This document shows, piece after piece, positions 27,956 through 36,760 of a DNA stretch of 57,842 nt (positions are counted from its first letter, which is position 1; the number at the start of each line of letters is the position of its first letter). Origin of the DNA: a virus (lineage: Duplodnaviria > Caudoviricetes); the IMG/VR virus record IMGVR_UViG_3300029787_000045, positions 1 to 57,842 of that record; one strand, written 5' to 3'. The translations under genes were made by a program, and so were the position numbers. The notes under the pieces were generated by a model that was given only the letters and a program-made list of their open reading frames with translations, was not told the origin of the DNA and made no database searches.

Positions 27956-28766
27956 TAGAACCTCGCTCTATTTCATACATGTGTTGTTCAATATCAGAAC
28001 GTAAACGTAGTTCATTAAACTTATGAGGATAACTACATAAGTTTTTGATAAACTTATCGTAACTAAAACACTTAGACTTCCTAGTAGCATTCATTAATAC
28101 TTCTTGAAATACTTGTCTTTTTACTGTGCTTTTTTGTAGCGGTGGGTTATGTGCAGCACAGTAAACTTCTTCAAACATAGGAAGATATTTATCTAATCTC
28201 CTTTTAATTTTAGTATCAAATTGTAGCTTACCATCTTTAAAAGATTTGTTACCACCTTTTTCTATATCTCTACGGTATCTTCCTCTATGCACTGATCTAT
28301 TATTATTCCAAATCATTAAAATAATACTATCAGTAGTATACTTACCATAGTATTTTTTATAGTCTAAGTATATATTATATACTTCAGAAGTCTCAGGAAC
28401 ACTAGACCAGTACTTAGCATAGTTCTGTAAAACCCAATTCTTCATTTGTGTATTAAGTTTAATCATTAGATGTTCATCAGTTGATTTATCTATAATACAA
28501 TACCTTGTTAAATTTTCTCTAATAGCAGCTTCATTTCTATGTTGTCCATCTATAATCTTATATATTATGACACCCTTAACATTTACTTTACGTACAATAA
28601 TAGGATTAATATGTAATAGATTTGATTCTTTTAAAGAATTTTGTAAATCTTTTACTTTAGCCTCAGTTAAAGGCCTGTTCTTATAATAATGTTCAAACTT
28701 CACATCAGAATTAACTTTATATATTTTATTTACTTCTGTTAAACCTTTAAACATCACACTCTCCAT
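27948..28766 (-). CDS. ParB/Srx-like N-terminal domain protein
   Basis: NRP...KV..L, NPIIV, IIDGQHR..A and LN...KNW. Confidence 0.7.
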   Translation of the reverse strand: MESVMFKGLTEVNKIYKVNSDVKFEHYYKNRPLTEAKVKDLQNSLKESNLLHINPIIVRKVNVKGVIIYKIIDGQHRNEAAIRENLTRYCIIDKSTDEHLMIKLNTQMKNWVLQNYAKYWSSVPETSEVYNIYLDYKKYYGKYTTDSIILMIWNNNRSVHRGRYRRDIEKGGNKSFKDGKLQFDTKIKRRLDKYLPMFEEVYCAAHNPPLQKSTVKRQVFQEVLMNATRKSKCFSYDKFIKNLCSYPHKFNELRLRSDIEQHMYEIERGSND

Positions 28767-28905
28767 CAATTGTAAAACATGGGTTAGGCTTACAAGTATT
28801 TGCAGCCCATTGTCGCATCACTTCATCATACTTTTCTTTAGTATTAAAAGCAGATAACATAAACTCTTTAAACTCTTTATCATAGGTCACATGATTAATA
28901 GTCAT
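28747..28905 (-). CDS. 52-aa hypothetical protein (not in ORF track)
   Basis: My translation begins MTINHVTYDKEFKEF; GAGG upstream. Confidence 0.45.
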   Translation of the reverse strand: MTINHVTYDKEFKEFMLSAFNTKEKYDEVMRQWAANTCKPNPCFTIDGECDV

Positions 28906-28918
28906 ATCATTTACCTCA

Positions 28919-29080
28919 TCAAGCTGCGATGTAATCTAAGTAGAGCAAACTAGCCACTACTGCAATAGCGCCTTTACATACTAATAGTATAGATATAGCA
29001 ATATCAAATGACAGTAGTGTGCCGCTGATTATTAAGAATATTCCTATCAATATTCCGAAAATTGTTGCTGCTATTTTCAT
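28919..29080 (-). CDS. Small two-helix membrane protein (early)
   Basis: MKIAATIFGILIGIFLII... is almost wholly hydrophobic; AAGGA RBS. Confidence 0.55.
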   Translation of the reverse strand: MKIAATIFGILIGIFLIISGTLLSFDIAISILLVCKGAIAVVASLLYLDYIAA

Positions 29081-29104
29081 TAGATTTTCCTTCAGTTTTA
29101 AGGG

Positions 29105-29150
29105 AGAGTGAGTACCTGAGAAGCATAGCTTCGTTACAGGCACTCACTCT
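29105..29150. other. Bulged hairpin element (family member)
   Basis: Minus-strand RNA folds as a 14-bp stem (one G-U), a 4x1 internal loop and GAAGC-UAU-GCUUC. Confidence 0.7.
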
Positions 29151-29175
29151 GAGTTATCTGAGTATAGAATTACAC

Positions 29176-29538
29176 TCAGAAGGGAGCTTCATTAGAAATT
29201 GGTGTTTCGGCTGCACTACCTATAGTTTTATCTGAAGACTTGGATGGAGTATAATCATTAGAGTAATTACGATCACCAACTATGACAAGCTTATCCATAT
29301 TTTTCAAAGGAAAGTCAGAGGGTAATGATCTAATACCTTCAGTCATCATGCACTCATGACCTAAAAGAATATCACTATCTTTCAGGTAATAGAACTTAGC
29401 AATGGCGTATCCCTTGGATACAGCATCAGCATAGTTAGCTTTGTTCTGTAAGGTACTTTTACCTTGTGGTGAATCAATCCACTCAGTACCATTATAAAAT
29501 CTCCATACAGTAGTTGTCATAGCATTTACAAAAGACAT
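29176..29538 (-). CDS. Early hypothetical protein
   Basis: AGGAG RBS before MSFVNA; ends in EAPF. Confidence 0.6.
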   Translation of the reverse strand: MSFVNAMTTTVWRFYNGTEWIDSPQGKSTLQNKANYADAVSKGYAIAKFYYLKDSDILLGHECMMTEGIRSLPSDFPLKNMDKLVIVGDRNYSNDYTPSKSSDKTIGSAAETPISNEAPF

Positions 29539-29584
29539 ATCATGTCTCCTTTCGTAGGCTGCTGTCATCCCCCAGCAGCTTGGG

Positions 29585-29640
29585 GTATTGAAGCAATCCC
29601 TCGCTTCGTAGAAGTGAGTGAGGGATTGCTGGTGGTTGAT
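29585..29640. repeat. 56-bp dispersed repeat containing a bulged hairpin, copy 2
   Basis: Differs from 26093-26148 only in the loop (GTA vs GCA). Confidence 0.95.
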
Positions 29641-29648
29641 GAAGAATC

Positions 29649-29996
29649 TCAGACTTTTTCGATAAGACTGGCTGCATCTTTAACAACAGGACAGTCTCTC
29701 ATGAATGCAGCAAGCTCATCTGTAAGACCAGCTGAGCGTCTAAAACCAGTGCGAGGTGGTTTGTTTCCTGGTATTCCACGTAAATTCTTAGGACAATGGA
29801 ATGAAGAATTTGAATGGAGAACTCTAACCCAAAGACCATAGCGCTTGGCTTTGGCAAGAGAAGCTTTAAATAAAGGCTCATTCCTTTCAGAACTTGGCAT
29901 CATGTCAACCCACACGTCACCTTCAGGAAAAGTCTCAGCAACCTTTGGAAAGATCGCTATCATGTCAGAAGGAATGTAAACCTGAAAAGTACTCAT
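29649..29996 (-). CDS. First early gene, hypothetical
   Basis: AGGAG RBS; first ORF after the non-coding region. Confidence 0.65.
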   Translation of the reverse strand: MSTFQVYIPSDMIAIFPKVAETFPEGDVWVDMMPSSERNEPLFKASLAKAKRYGLWVRVLHSNSSFHCPKNLRGIPGNKPPRTGFRRSAGLTDELAAFMRDCPVVKDAASLIEKV

Positions 29997-30019
29997 AACT
30001 CAATCTCCTATGTTAAGTT

Positions 30020-30053
30020 TTTTTCGTAGAACCGCAGGTTCTTCTACGAAAAA
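30020..30053. other. Bulged hairpin element (family member)
   Basis: TTTTTCGTA-GAACC-GCA-GGTTC-TTC-TACGAAAAA. Confidence 0.7.
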
Positions 30054-30263
30054 CAACGAGATCGTCTTGACTCAGAGGTTGACTCGTCTTCACTTACGGT
30101 ATATCATCATGCACTATGATAGAAGGATATGCTGTGATGTATATGAAATATTCTGTAGGATCAATAGGTTATGATATATATGGTAAGTTAAATGGAATAC
30201 GATAGAAGACATAAATGACATCCTTCGGATGAATTTATAAGTAACTATCGTATACTTATACGT

Positions 30264-30343
30264 CTAGTTTTTTTACGGGTACCCATAAGTGCTATAAAAA
30301 AGTATTTTTATAGTACTTATGAGTACCCTAGGGAAAAAACTAG
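30264..30343. repeat. 80-bp imperfect palindrome in the divergent non-coding region
   Basis: GGGTACCCATAAGTGCTATAAAAA-AGTA-TTTTTATAGTACTTATGAGTACCC (22/24), flanked by CTAGTTTTTT/AAAAAACTAG. Confidence 0.9.
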
Positions 30344-30432
30344 TACCTTAGTATATATATAAGAAACAGCCCTGACAAATATTTTCAAAATAACTCGGAC
30401 TTCTCCTCAAAATAAAAACGGCTGCGCCTATT

Positions 30433-30452
30433 AAGTTACTTTAAAGTAACTT
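30433..30452. repeat. Perfect 20-bp palindrome
   Basis: AAGTTACTTTAAAGTAACTT. Confidence 0.9.
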
Positions 30453-30487
30453 TAATATATATTATTTATATTATTTATATTTAATAG

Positions 30488-30516
30488 TTGCATTAAAGAA
30501 CTATATAGTGTATAAT
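30488..30516 (+). promoter_or_regulatory. Promoter upstream of terL
   Basis: TTGCAT-N17-TATAAT. Confidence 0.75.
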
Positions 30517-30523
30517 AGATACT

Positions 30524-32071
30524 ATGGAGTTATTAGAAAGTACTAATGAGTATCTACAACCCTTTATAAACTTAAAGGAATTGTTAGATAAGAAAATAGA
30601 ACAAGATTGTAAAGATGATTTCTTAACCTTCGTTAAAGTCATGGCACCTATGATGGTGTCTGATTGGAAGATGGGTCGTCATATTGAAGTTATATCAGAT
30701 AAATTAAAAGATGTAGAGAATGGTAAAATAAAACGACTAATGGTCTTTCTTCCACCACGGTCTTCTAAGTCTGTTATTTGTTCTAAGCTCTTTCCAGCAT
30801 GGTATATAGGTAAAAATCCTGCACATGAAATACTGACTGTCTCCCATAGTGATCAATTATCTAGTGATTTTGGTAGGTCTGTTAGGGATGTAGTAAATAC
30901 TGAAGAATTTGAAAGAATCTTTAAAGGAGTCTCTTTAAGAAGTGATGTCAGAGCCGCTGGTAAATGGAAGACAAACCATAATGGGTCTTACTATGCTGCT
31001 GGTGTTAGGTCTCAAATAGCAGGACGTGGCGCTCACATAGCTATACTGGATGATGCTATGTCTGAAGAGGATGCCATCAGTGCTTCAGGCAGGAGATACA
31101 TCAAAGAATGGTATCCAGCAGGGCTTAGAACCCGCATCATGCCCAATGGGGCTATAGTAATTATTAATACACGCTACCACTATGATGATCTCTGTGGTTG
31201 GTTATTAAAACAACAAGAGAATATGGGAGAGTTTGAAACAATCCCATGGGAAGTAATTAGAATACCTGCATGGGTTGACGAAGAAGCAGCGGAATTGCTT
31301 GACTTACCTGTAGGCTCTAGTTACTTTCCTGAATGGAAATCTGATGAAACTCTTAGAATGGATGAGAGTGAGATCAAAGCCAGTAACGGTAGTAGATACT
31401 GGAATGCTCTCTATATGCAAGACCCTACACCTGAAGAGGGTGGTATTATTAAAAAGAAGTGGTTGAAGTATTGGGATTATGAAGAACCACCTCACTGTGA
31501 TTTTGTCATTCAAACATATGATACTGCTTTCTCTACACGGACTACGGCTGACTACAGTGTTATCCAGACATGGGGTATATTCTCTATGTATAACCAAGAT
31601 GACAATGGTATAGAAGATTTAACACCCAATCTAATCCTATTAGGGAATATCAGGGGTAGGTTTGAGTATCCAGAACTAAGAAGGATCACTCAGAAGCTAT
31701 ACGATGAACATAGACCAGATGTGTGTATGGTTGAAAAGAAAGCCAGTGGACAGTCTTTGCTACAGGATATGCGTCGGAGTGGCCTTCCTGTAATGGAATA
31801 CACACCAGACAAAGATAAGGTATCCAGAGTATACTCAGCTTCTCCAATCATTGAGGCTGGTAGAATGTGGATACCCAGTAAGAAGAAGTGGTCAGATGAA
31901 TTAGTAGAGGAACTACTAAGGTTCCCCAATGCTGCTCACGATGACCAAGTAGATGCAATGACAATGGCTATTCACTATATGAAAGAGTCTTGGCATCTAA
32001 CACATCCAGATGATCCATCTTATGATGAAGATATGTCATATAAAAAGAAAAATACTTATTGGACATTTTAA
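30524..32071 (+). CDS. terL: Terminase large subunit
   Basis: PPRSSKS Walker A, AILDD, NTRYHYDDL, ALYMQDP, YDTAF, VEKKASG and HDDQVDA. Confidence 0.95.
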   Translation: MELLESTNEYLQPFINLKELLDKKIEQDCKDDFLTFVKVMAPMMVSDWKMGRHIEVISDKLKDVENGKIKRLMVFLPPRSSKSVICSKLFPAWYIGKNPAHEILTVSHSDQLSSDFGRSVRDVVNTEEFERIFKGVSLRSDVRAAGKWKTNHNGSYYAAGVRSQIAGRGAHIAILDDAMSEEDAISASGRRYIKEWYPAGLRTRIMPNGAIVIINTRYHYDDLCGWLLKQQENMGEFETIPWEVIRIPAWVDEEAAELLDLPVGSSYFPEWKSDETLRMDESEIKASNGSRYWNALYMQDPTPEEGGIIKKKWLKYWDYEEPPHCDFVIQTYDTAFSTRTTADYSVIQTWGIFSMYNQDDNGIEDLTPNLILLGNIRGRFEYPELRRITQKLYDEHRPDVCMVEKKASGQSLLQDMRRSGLPVMEYTPDKDKVSRVYSASPIIEAGRMWIPSKKKWSDELVEELLRFPNAAHDDQVDAMTMAIHYMKESWHLTHPDDPSYDEDMSYKKKNTYWTF

Positions 32072-32072
32072 T

Positions 32073-32101
32073 TTGCATCTAATAAAAAAGTATGGTATAA
32101 T
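32073..32101 (+). promoter_or_regulatory. Promoter upstream of the pre-portal gene
   Basis: TTGCAT-N17-TATAAT with TG extended -10. Confidence 0.75.
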
Positions 32102-32130
32102 AGTATAGTAAAAATATTTAGGGGAATAAC

Positions 32131-33387
32131 ATGCCGGGACTCTCAAGCTTACAAGTAAATATTAAAGATCAACCGCATAATCTTGCATGGATTAATAAAG
32201 AAGAACAAGCTTTACTTAAAGACCTTGGTGGTTCAGGTCGTCCCGGTCCTATGGGTATCCCTGCTTACTATAGCGAAGGTACTGATGATAACGACGAAGG
32301 TGAAGGTGAAGGTGAATCTGGACACGGCGCTGGTGGTGGCAGTGGAGGATCAGGAGGATCAGGAGGAGGATCAGGAGGATCAGGAGGAGGATCAGGAGGA
32401 TCAGGAGGAGGATCAGGAGGTGATGGAGATGATGGCTTTGACACTGACAAAGATGAAGACTTTGATTTTGAGCAAGGTCCAGAGGGTGCAGAAGCAGCAG
32501 GAACAGATGATATAGCTAGCCAGATGGGATGGGGCGATCCGGGTGCCATGTCCTTTAGTGAGGCAGACCTTGAAGACTATGAATCCGCTTCAGCGCCCGA
32601 TGATATAACTAATCAGATGGGATGGGGCGATCCGGGTTTTATAGGTCCAGGCCCGGAAGATGTAGAAGGCCCATACGAAGACCCTCCATTCGTATCGACC
32701 TCACCCTTTGGAGTAAAATCACCATATACAACAACTGTACAGACTCCTGCAGATCCAGTAGCGGCAGCCATTATTAATACTATGTTTGGGCTTGCCGTAC
32801 CCGGAGCAGGAATAGCAAGACTAGCAGGTTTTGATCCGGGGGCAATGTTAGCAAGTAAAAGCACTTATTCTTATCCTTCAACTAGTACCGGGGATCCAAT
32901 ATCTTCTTATGAAGACCCCTACGACCCAGAAGATGAATTTGGTGATAGAGAATTTATTGAAGAAGAAAAAACAGTAAAAGAAGCATCTTCAGAAGAAGAT
33001 GAAGAAGTATTGGGAGCAATGGAAGAGTACTTTAAGAATAAAGAAGATTCTATGCCAACGGTCCCAATAGATGAGGATGACAACGTATTATCTAATATAG
33101 TTGAAAAACTTACTATTCAAAATAAAATTTTAGAACCATTTGATCAATGGTTATCTAAACAAATGCAATCTATGAAAAACGCAGATTTGACGACACAAGT
33201 AAATGAATATCGTAAATATTTAAGAGATATGACGCCTACTTCAAAACTTTACAAACCTAATATTCTATCACCAACCAAGAAGACGGGATATTATAGTAAT
33301 GATCAAAATTTACTTAATACACTATATCAACCTTTCAAAAAAAAATCAGCTACTGAAGCTTTATTTGATGAATTAGGAATTGATTAA
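32131..33387 (+). CDS. Acidic, Gly/Ser-repeat hypothetical protein between terL and portal
   Basis: HNLAWINKEEQALLKDLGGSG N-terminal motif, GSG repeat, DDIxxQMGWGDPG twice. Confidence 0.7.
   Translation: MPGLSSLQVNIKDQPHNLAWINKEEQALLKDLGGSGRPGPMGIPAYYSEGTDDNDEGEGEGESGHGAGGGSGGSGGSGGGSGGSGGGSGGSGGGSGGDGDDGFDTDKDEDFDFEQGPEGAEAAGTDDIASQMGWGDPGAMSFSEADLEDYESASAPDDITNQMGWGDPGFIGPGPEDVEGPYEDPPFVSTSPFGVKSPYTTTVQTPADPVAAAIINTMFGLAVPGAGIARLAGFDPGAMLASKSTYSYPSTSTGDPISSYEDPYDPEDEFGDREFIEEEKTVKEASSEEDEEVLGAMEEYFKNKEDSMPTVPIDEDDNVLSNIVEKLTIQNKILEPFDQWLSKQMQSMKNADLTTQVNEYRKYLRDMTPTSKLYKPNILSPTKKTGYYSNDQNLLNTLYQPFKKKSATEALFDELGID
32341..32420 (+). repeat. GGATCAGGA(GGA) minisatellite encoding a Gly-Ser linker
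   Basis: Alternating 9- and 12-nt units, visible directly. Confidence 0.9.
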
Positions 33388-35888
33388 TGGCTACAGAACG
33401 TAACCCTTTTGATAAAATTCCTGAAACTACAGAAACTAATGTAGTGGCTATGATACCTGAAGAAAGTGCTAATGTCTCTATTGAGATTGATCCTTCAGAT
33501 GGAGGTGTAATTGTAGACTTCTCTTCTGAAGAAGATGCAGTTATGGAACCATCAGAAGAAATTAGTGAGTGGTATGGTGATTTAAGTGAAGACCTAGATG
33601 AAGAAGAATTACAAAATATTGCTATTGATGTAATTGAGAATTTCAATGCTGATAAAGATAGTCGTGCTGAATGGGAGTCTATGTTTGAACGAGGCTTTGA
33701 TCTACTTGGTCTAAAATTAGAAGAAGCATCAGAACCCTTTCAAGGTGCATGTACAGCAGTACATCCTCTTCTAATTGAATCAGCTATTAAGTTTCAATCA
33801 AAAGCTTCAGGTGAACTTTTTCCTTCTACTGGTCCTGTTAAGACACAGATACTTGGTGCTTCTACTCCAGAGAAAGAACTGCAAGCCAATAGAGTTCAGA
33901 ACTTTATGAACTTTCAGCTTACTGAACAGATGCCTGAGTACTTTGATGAATTTGAAAGAATGCTTTTTCATCTACCCTTAATAGGTTCAGCCTTTAAGAA
34001 AATTTATTACAGTGCTACACTGAAACGCCCTGTGTCTGAATTTATTCCTATAGATCAGTTCTACGTGTCTTACTATGCCAATGATCTCAGAAATGCGGAT
34101 CGTTATACTCATGTAATTCATAAAAGTCCAGTAGATATGAAGTTGGATATGATGGCTGGTGTCTATAAAGATACTGAACTTCCTGAACCAGCACAGCTTT
34201 CTGCATCAGGCTTTGCCAGTAAAATAGATAATATTCTTGGTTTGTCTCCCTCATATGATTCTGATCCACAGTATGTTATCTTAGAACAACACTGTTATCT
34301 TGATATTGAAGAAGAGGGTGTTCCTTGCCCTTATATTGTGACTGTAGAAGAACAGTCAAGACAAGTTTTAAGTATTCGTAGAAACTACAAGCAAGATGAT
34401 CCAAACAAAGAGAAACGAAGTCACTTCGTTCATTACAGGTTTGTTCCCGGCTTTGGTTTCTACGGATTAGGCCTTATCCATTTCCTCGGTAATCTCACCA
34501 TGTCGGCAACTGCTGCAATGCGCTCCCTCATAGATGCAGGACAGTTTGCTAATTTACCGGGTGGATTTAAGGCCAAAGGAGTGCGGATGGTTGGTGACAA
34601 CGATCCTATCGCCCCCGGCGAGTTCAAGGAAGTTGAAGCAACTGGTATTGATTTATCAAGGGCAATAGTTCCCCTGCCCTATAAAGAGCCTTCCCAAACG
34701 CTCTTATCAATGCTTCAATTCGTGGCTACTGCTGGTCAGAAGTTTGCGGATAGCACTGAGCAAGTTATCTCTGATGCTGCTTCCTACGGACCCGTGGGTA
34801 CTACAATGGCATTGCTGGAAGCTTCAAGTAAGTTTTTCTCTGCAATCCATAAAAGATTACATAAATCACAGAAGGATGAATTTAGAATCCTTGCACAGAT
34901 AGATTATGATTATCTACCCAATAAGTATCCATATCAAGTACCCTTTGAAGATCGTGATATTTTTAAGGCTGACTTTGATGGACGTGTAGATATTATTCCT
35001 GTATCTGATCCTAATATTCCATCCAATGCACATCGTATGATGCTGGCTAATATGGCTCTGCAAATGGCACAGCAATCCCCACCGGGAATGTTTAACATTG
35101 AAGAACTGAATAGAACTATTCTTAATGCTGCCAATATGCCTAACCTAGAACAGATACTTCCACCAAAGATTGAGGCTCAACCTCTTGATCCTGTTTCGGA
35201 TATTATGGCTGTTACAAAAGGTCTTCCTATTGCAGCATTCCCGTCTCAGAACCATGATGCACATATACAGGTTAAGATGGCTTACCTTCAAGACCCTCAG
35301 AATGGTGCCAATCCTATTATGGCTAGAATTAAACCTGTACTTGAGTCTAATATTCAAGAACATTCTGTATTAAAGTATCAAGAACAGATGAGTGGTGTTA
35401 CAGAACAGATGATGCAACAAACACCACCTGAACAAATGAATCAACCGCAAGCTATTGAAATGGCTATGGCAGAAGCAGCAAAACAAGTAATGAATGCCAA
35501 TCAAGCTATGGGTCAAGCACTGTCACCAGAACAACAACTGGTTGCTCTTGAACAAGAGAAGGTTAAACTACAGCAGCAAAAACTACAATCAGATACAGTA
35601 GTTAATGCCGCTGAACTTGAAATTAAAACAAAAGAACTTGAACTTAAAGAGAATGAACAGATACTTGGTATGCTTGAGTCTGGTGCTACTGATAACTTTA
35701 AACGTGAGAAAGCTGAAGCAGACAGAGAAGCAAAGAAAGAATTATCAGCAATGAATAATCTTACTAAAGTTAAAGTCGAAGAAATGAAAGATAATAAAGA
35801 TATAAAAAATACTAAGGTTAATATACTATCACGTTTAGCAGTTGAAGAAATGAAAAAAGGAGAAGATAATGATGATGATGAAAGGTAA
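33387..35888 (+). CDS. Portal protein with long C-terminal coiled coil
   Basis: Position after terL; HPLLIES..FQ, G.AFKK.Y and GFYGLG motifs; Gln-rich helical tail. Confidence 0.85.
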   Translation: MATERNPFDKIPETTETNVVAMIPEESANVSIEIDPSDGGVIVDFSSEEDAVMEPSEEISEWYGDLSEDLDEEELQNIAIDVIENFNADKDSRAEWESMFERGFDLLGLKLEEASEPFQGACTAVHPLLIESAIKFQSKASGELFPSTGPVKTQILGASTPEKELQANRVQNFMNFQLTEQMPEYFDEFERMLFHLPLIGSAFKKIYYSATLKRPVSEFIPIDQFYVSYYANDLRNADRYTHVIHKSPVDMKLDMMAGVYKDTELPEPAQLSASGFASKIDNILGLSPSYDSDPQYVILEQHCYLDIEEEGVPCPYIVTVEEQSRQVLSIRRNYKQDDPNKEKRSHFVHYRFVPGFGFYGLGLIHFLGNLTMSATAAMRSLIDAGQFANLPGGFKAKGVRMVGDNDPIAPGEFKEVEATGIDLSRAIVPLPYKEPSQTLLSMLQFVATAGQKFADSTEQVISDAASYGPVGTTMALLEASSKFFSAIHKRLHKSQKDEFRILAQIDYDYLPNKYPYQVPFEDRDIFKADFDGRVDIIPVSDPNIPSNAHRMMLANMALQMAQQSPPGMFNIEELNRTILNAANMPNLEQILPPKIEAQPLDPVSDIMAVTKGLPIAAFPSQNHDAHIQVKMAYLQDPQNGANPIMARIKPVLESNIQEHSVLKYQEQMSGVTEQMMQQTPPEQMNQPQAIEMAMAEAAKQVMNANQAMGQALSPEQQLVALEQEKVKLQQQKLQSDTVVNAAELEIKTKELELKENEQILGMLESGATDNFKREKAEADREAKKELSAMNNLTKVKVEEMKDNKDIKNTKVNILSRLAVEEMKKGEDNDDDER

Positions 35889-36051
35889 AGGGTATCCAGA
35901 GCATGTAAAGGATACTGCAAAAGGTTTTGGTGATGCACCAAAGGCTGAAGTATGGGGTGTACGTGGTTCACGAAGCGTTCTCAATGAATGGGATAAATCT
36001 TCTTATGAATTTCCAGCCCCAAAGAAAAGCACTCGAAAGGCTTCACTGTAA
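35872..36051 (+). CDS. Small hypothetical protein
   Basis: AGGAG RBS; operon packing. Confidence 0.5.
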   Translation: MMMKGKGYPEHVKDTAKGFGDAPKAEVWGVRGSRSVLNEWDKSSYEFPAPKKSTRKASL

Positions 36052-36056
36052 CTCAA

Positions 36057-36245
36057 ATGGAAATTTGGGATGAAGTTGTTCAAGAGTTTAATGAAGAAAT
36101 TGAAAGATTAAAAGTATCACTAAGTAATGGTGTTGCTGAAGATTTTGCTCACTATAGACAACTTGTAGGTTCCATACAAGGTTTGGAGTGGGCAAGAACA
36201 AACTTAACAGAAATTATTAAAACAAGGATGTATAAAGAAAATTAA
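36057..36245 (+). CDS. Small conserved helical protein preceding GroES
   Basis: G...D...Y...VG.I.GL pattern. Confidence 0.65.
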   Translation: MEIWDEVVQEFNEEIERLKVSLSNGVAEDFAHYRQLVGSIQGLEWARTNLTEIIKTRMYKEN

Positions 36246-36668
36246 ATGAGACAGGTACATATGGGTAATGCCCTTAAAAATGACGAATGGATTGATATTG
36301 AGGATGAAGTAAGTGATCCAACTGATCTTCCAGAACTACCGGGTTTTCATGTTTTAGTAAGGCCCGTAACAGTAAAGAGTAAAACAAAAGGTGGTATTTT
36401 TATTCCTGATTCCACCAAGGATGATATGAGCTATCTTACGACTGTAGGTAAGGTACTCTCATTAGGAGACTTGGCTTACAAAGATATAGATAAGTTTCCC
36501 AATGGAGAGTGGTGTAAAGTAGGAGACTACGTATGTTATGGTAAACATGCAGGTACAAAACTATATTATCAGGATGTTAAACTACTTCTTTTATTTGATG
36601 ATCAAGTAATTATGAAAGTAAGCGATCCAAAGAATCTTGATCCTACTTTTAATTTAACAAATAATTAG
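36246..36668 (+). CDS. groES: GroES-like co-chaperonin
   Basis: VLVRP..KTKGGIFIPD, GKVLSLG, KVGDYV.YGK.AGT and LL.DDQV. Confidence 0.85.
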   Translation: MRQVHMGNALKNDEWIDIEDEVSDPTDLPELPGFHVLVRPVTVKSKTKGGIFIPDSTKDDMSYLTTVGKVLSLGDLAYKDIDKFPNGEWCKVGDYVCYGKHAGTKLYYQDVKLLLLFDDQVIMKVSDPKNLDPTFNLTNN

Positions 36669-36675
36669 TAAAAAT

Positions 36676-36704
36676 TTGCATTAAATAGAAAAGTATGTTA
36701 TAAT
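36676..36704 (+). promoter_or_regulatory. Promoter of the scaffold-capsid operon
   Basis: TTGCAT-N17-TATAAT with TG extended -10. Confidence 0.75.
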
Positions 36705-36760
36705 AGTATAACAATAAATTATTACGTAAGGCGTTTGTCTCGTAAGCAACGGAGAATACA

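Noticed and set aside
29542-29841. Plus-strand 99-aa ORF across the hairpin repeat
   Set aside because: Opposes well-supported minus-strand genes, has no RBS and runs through an intergenic element.
30000-30523. tRNA or other known ncRNA gene
   Set aside because: No cloverleaf or T-loop GTTCRA pattern recognised; the hairpins are AT-rich palindromes.
32183-32549. Alternative-frame EDQ-repeat and antisense PPD-repeat ORFs
   Set aside because: By-products of the GGATCAGGA minisatellite.
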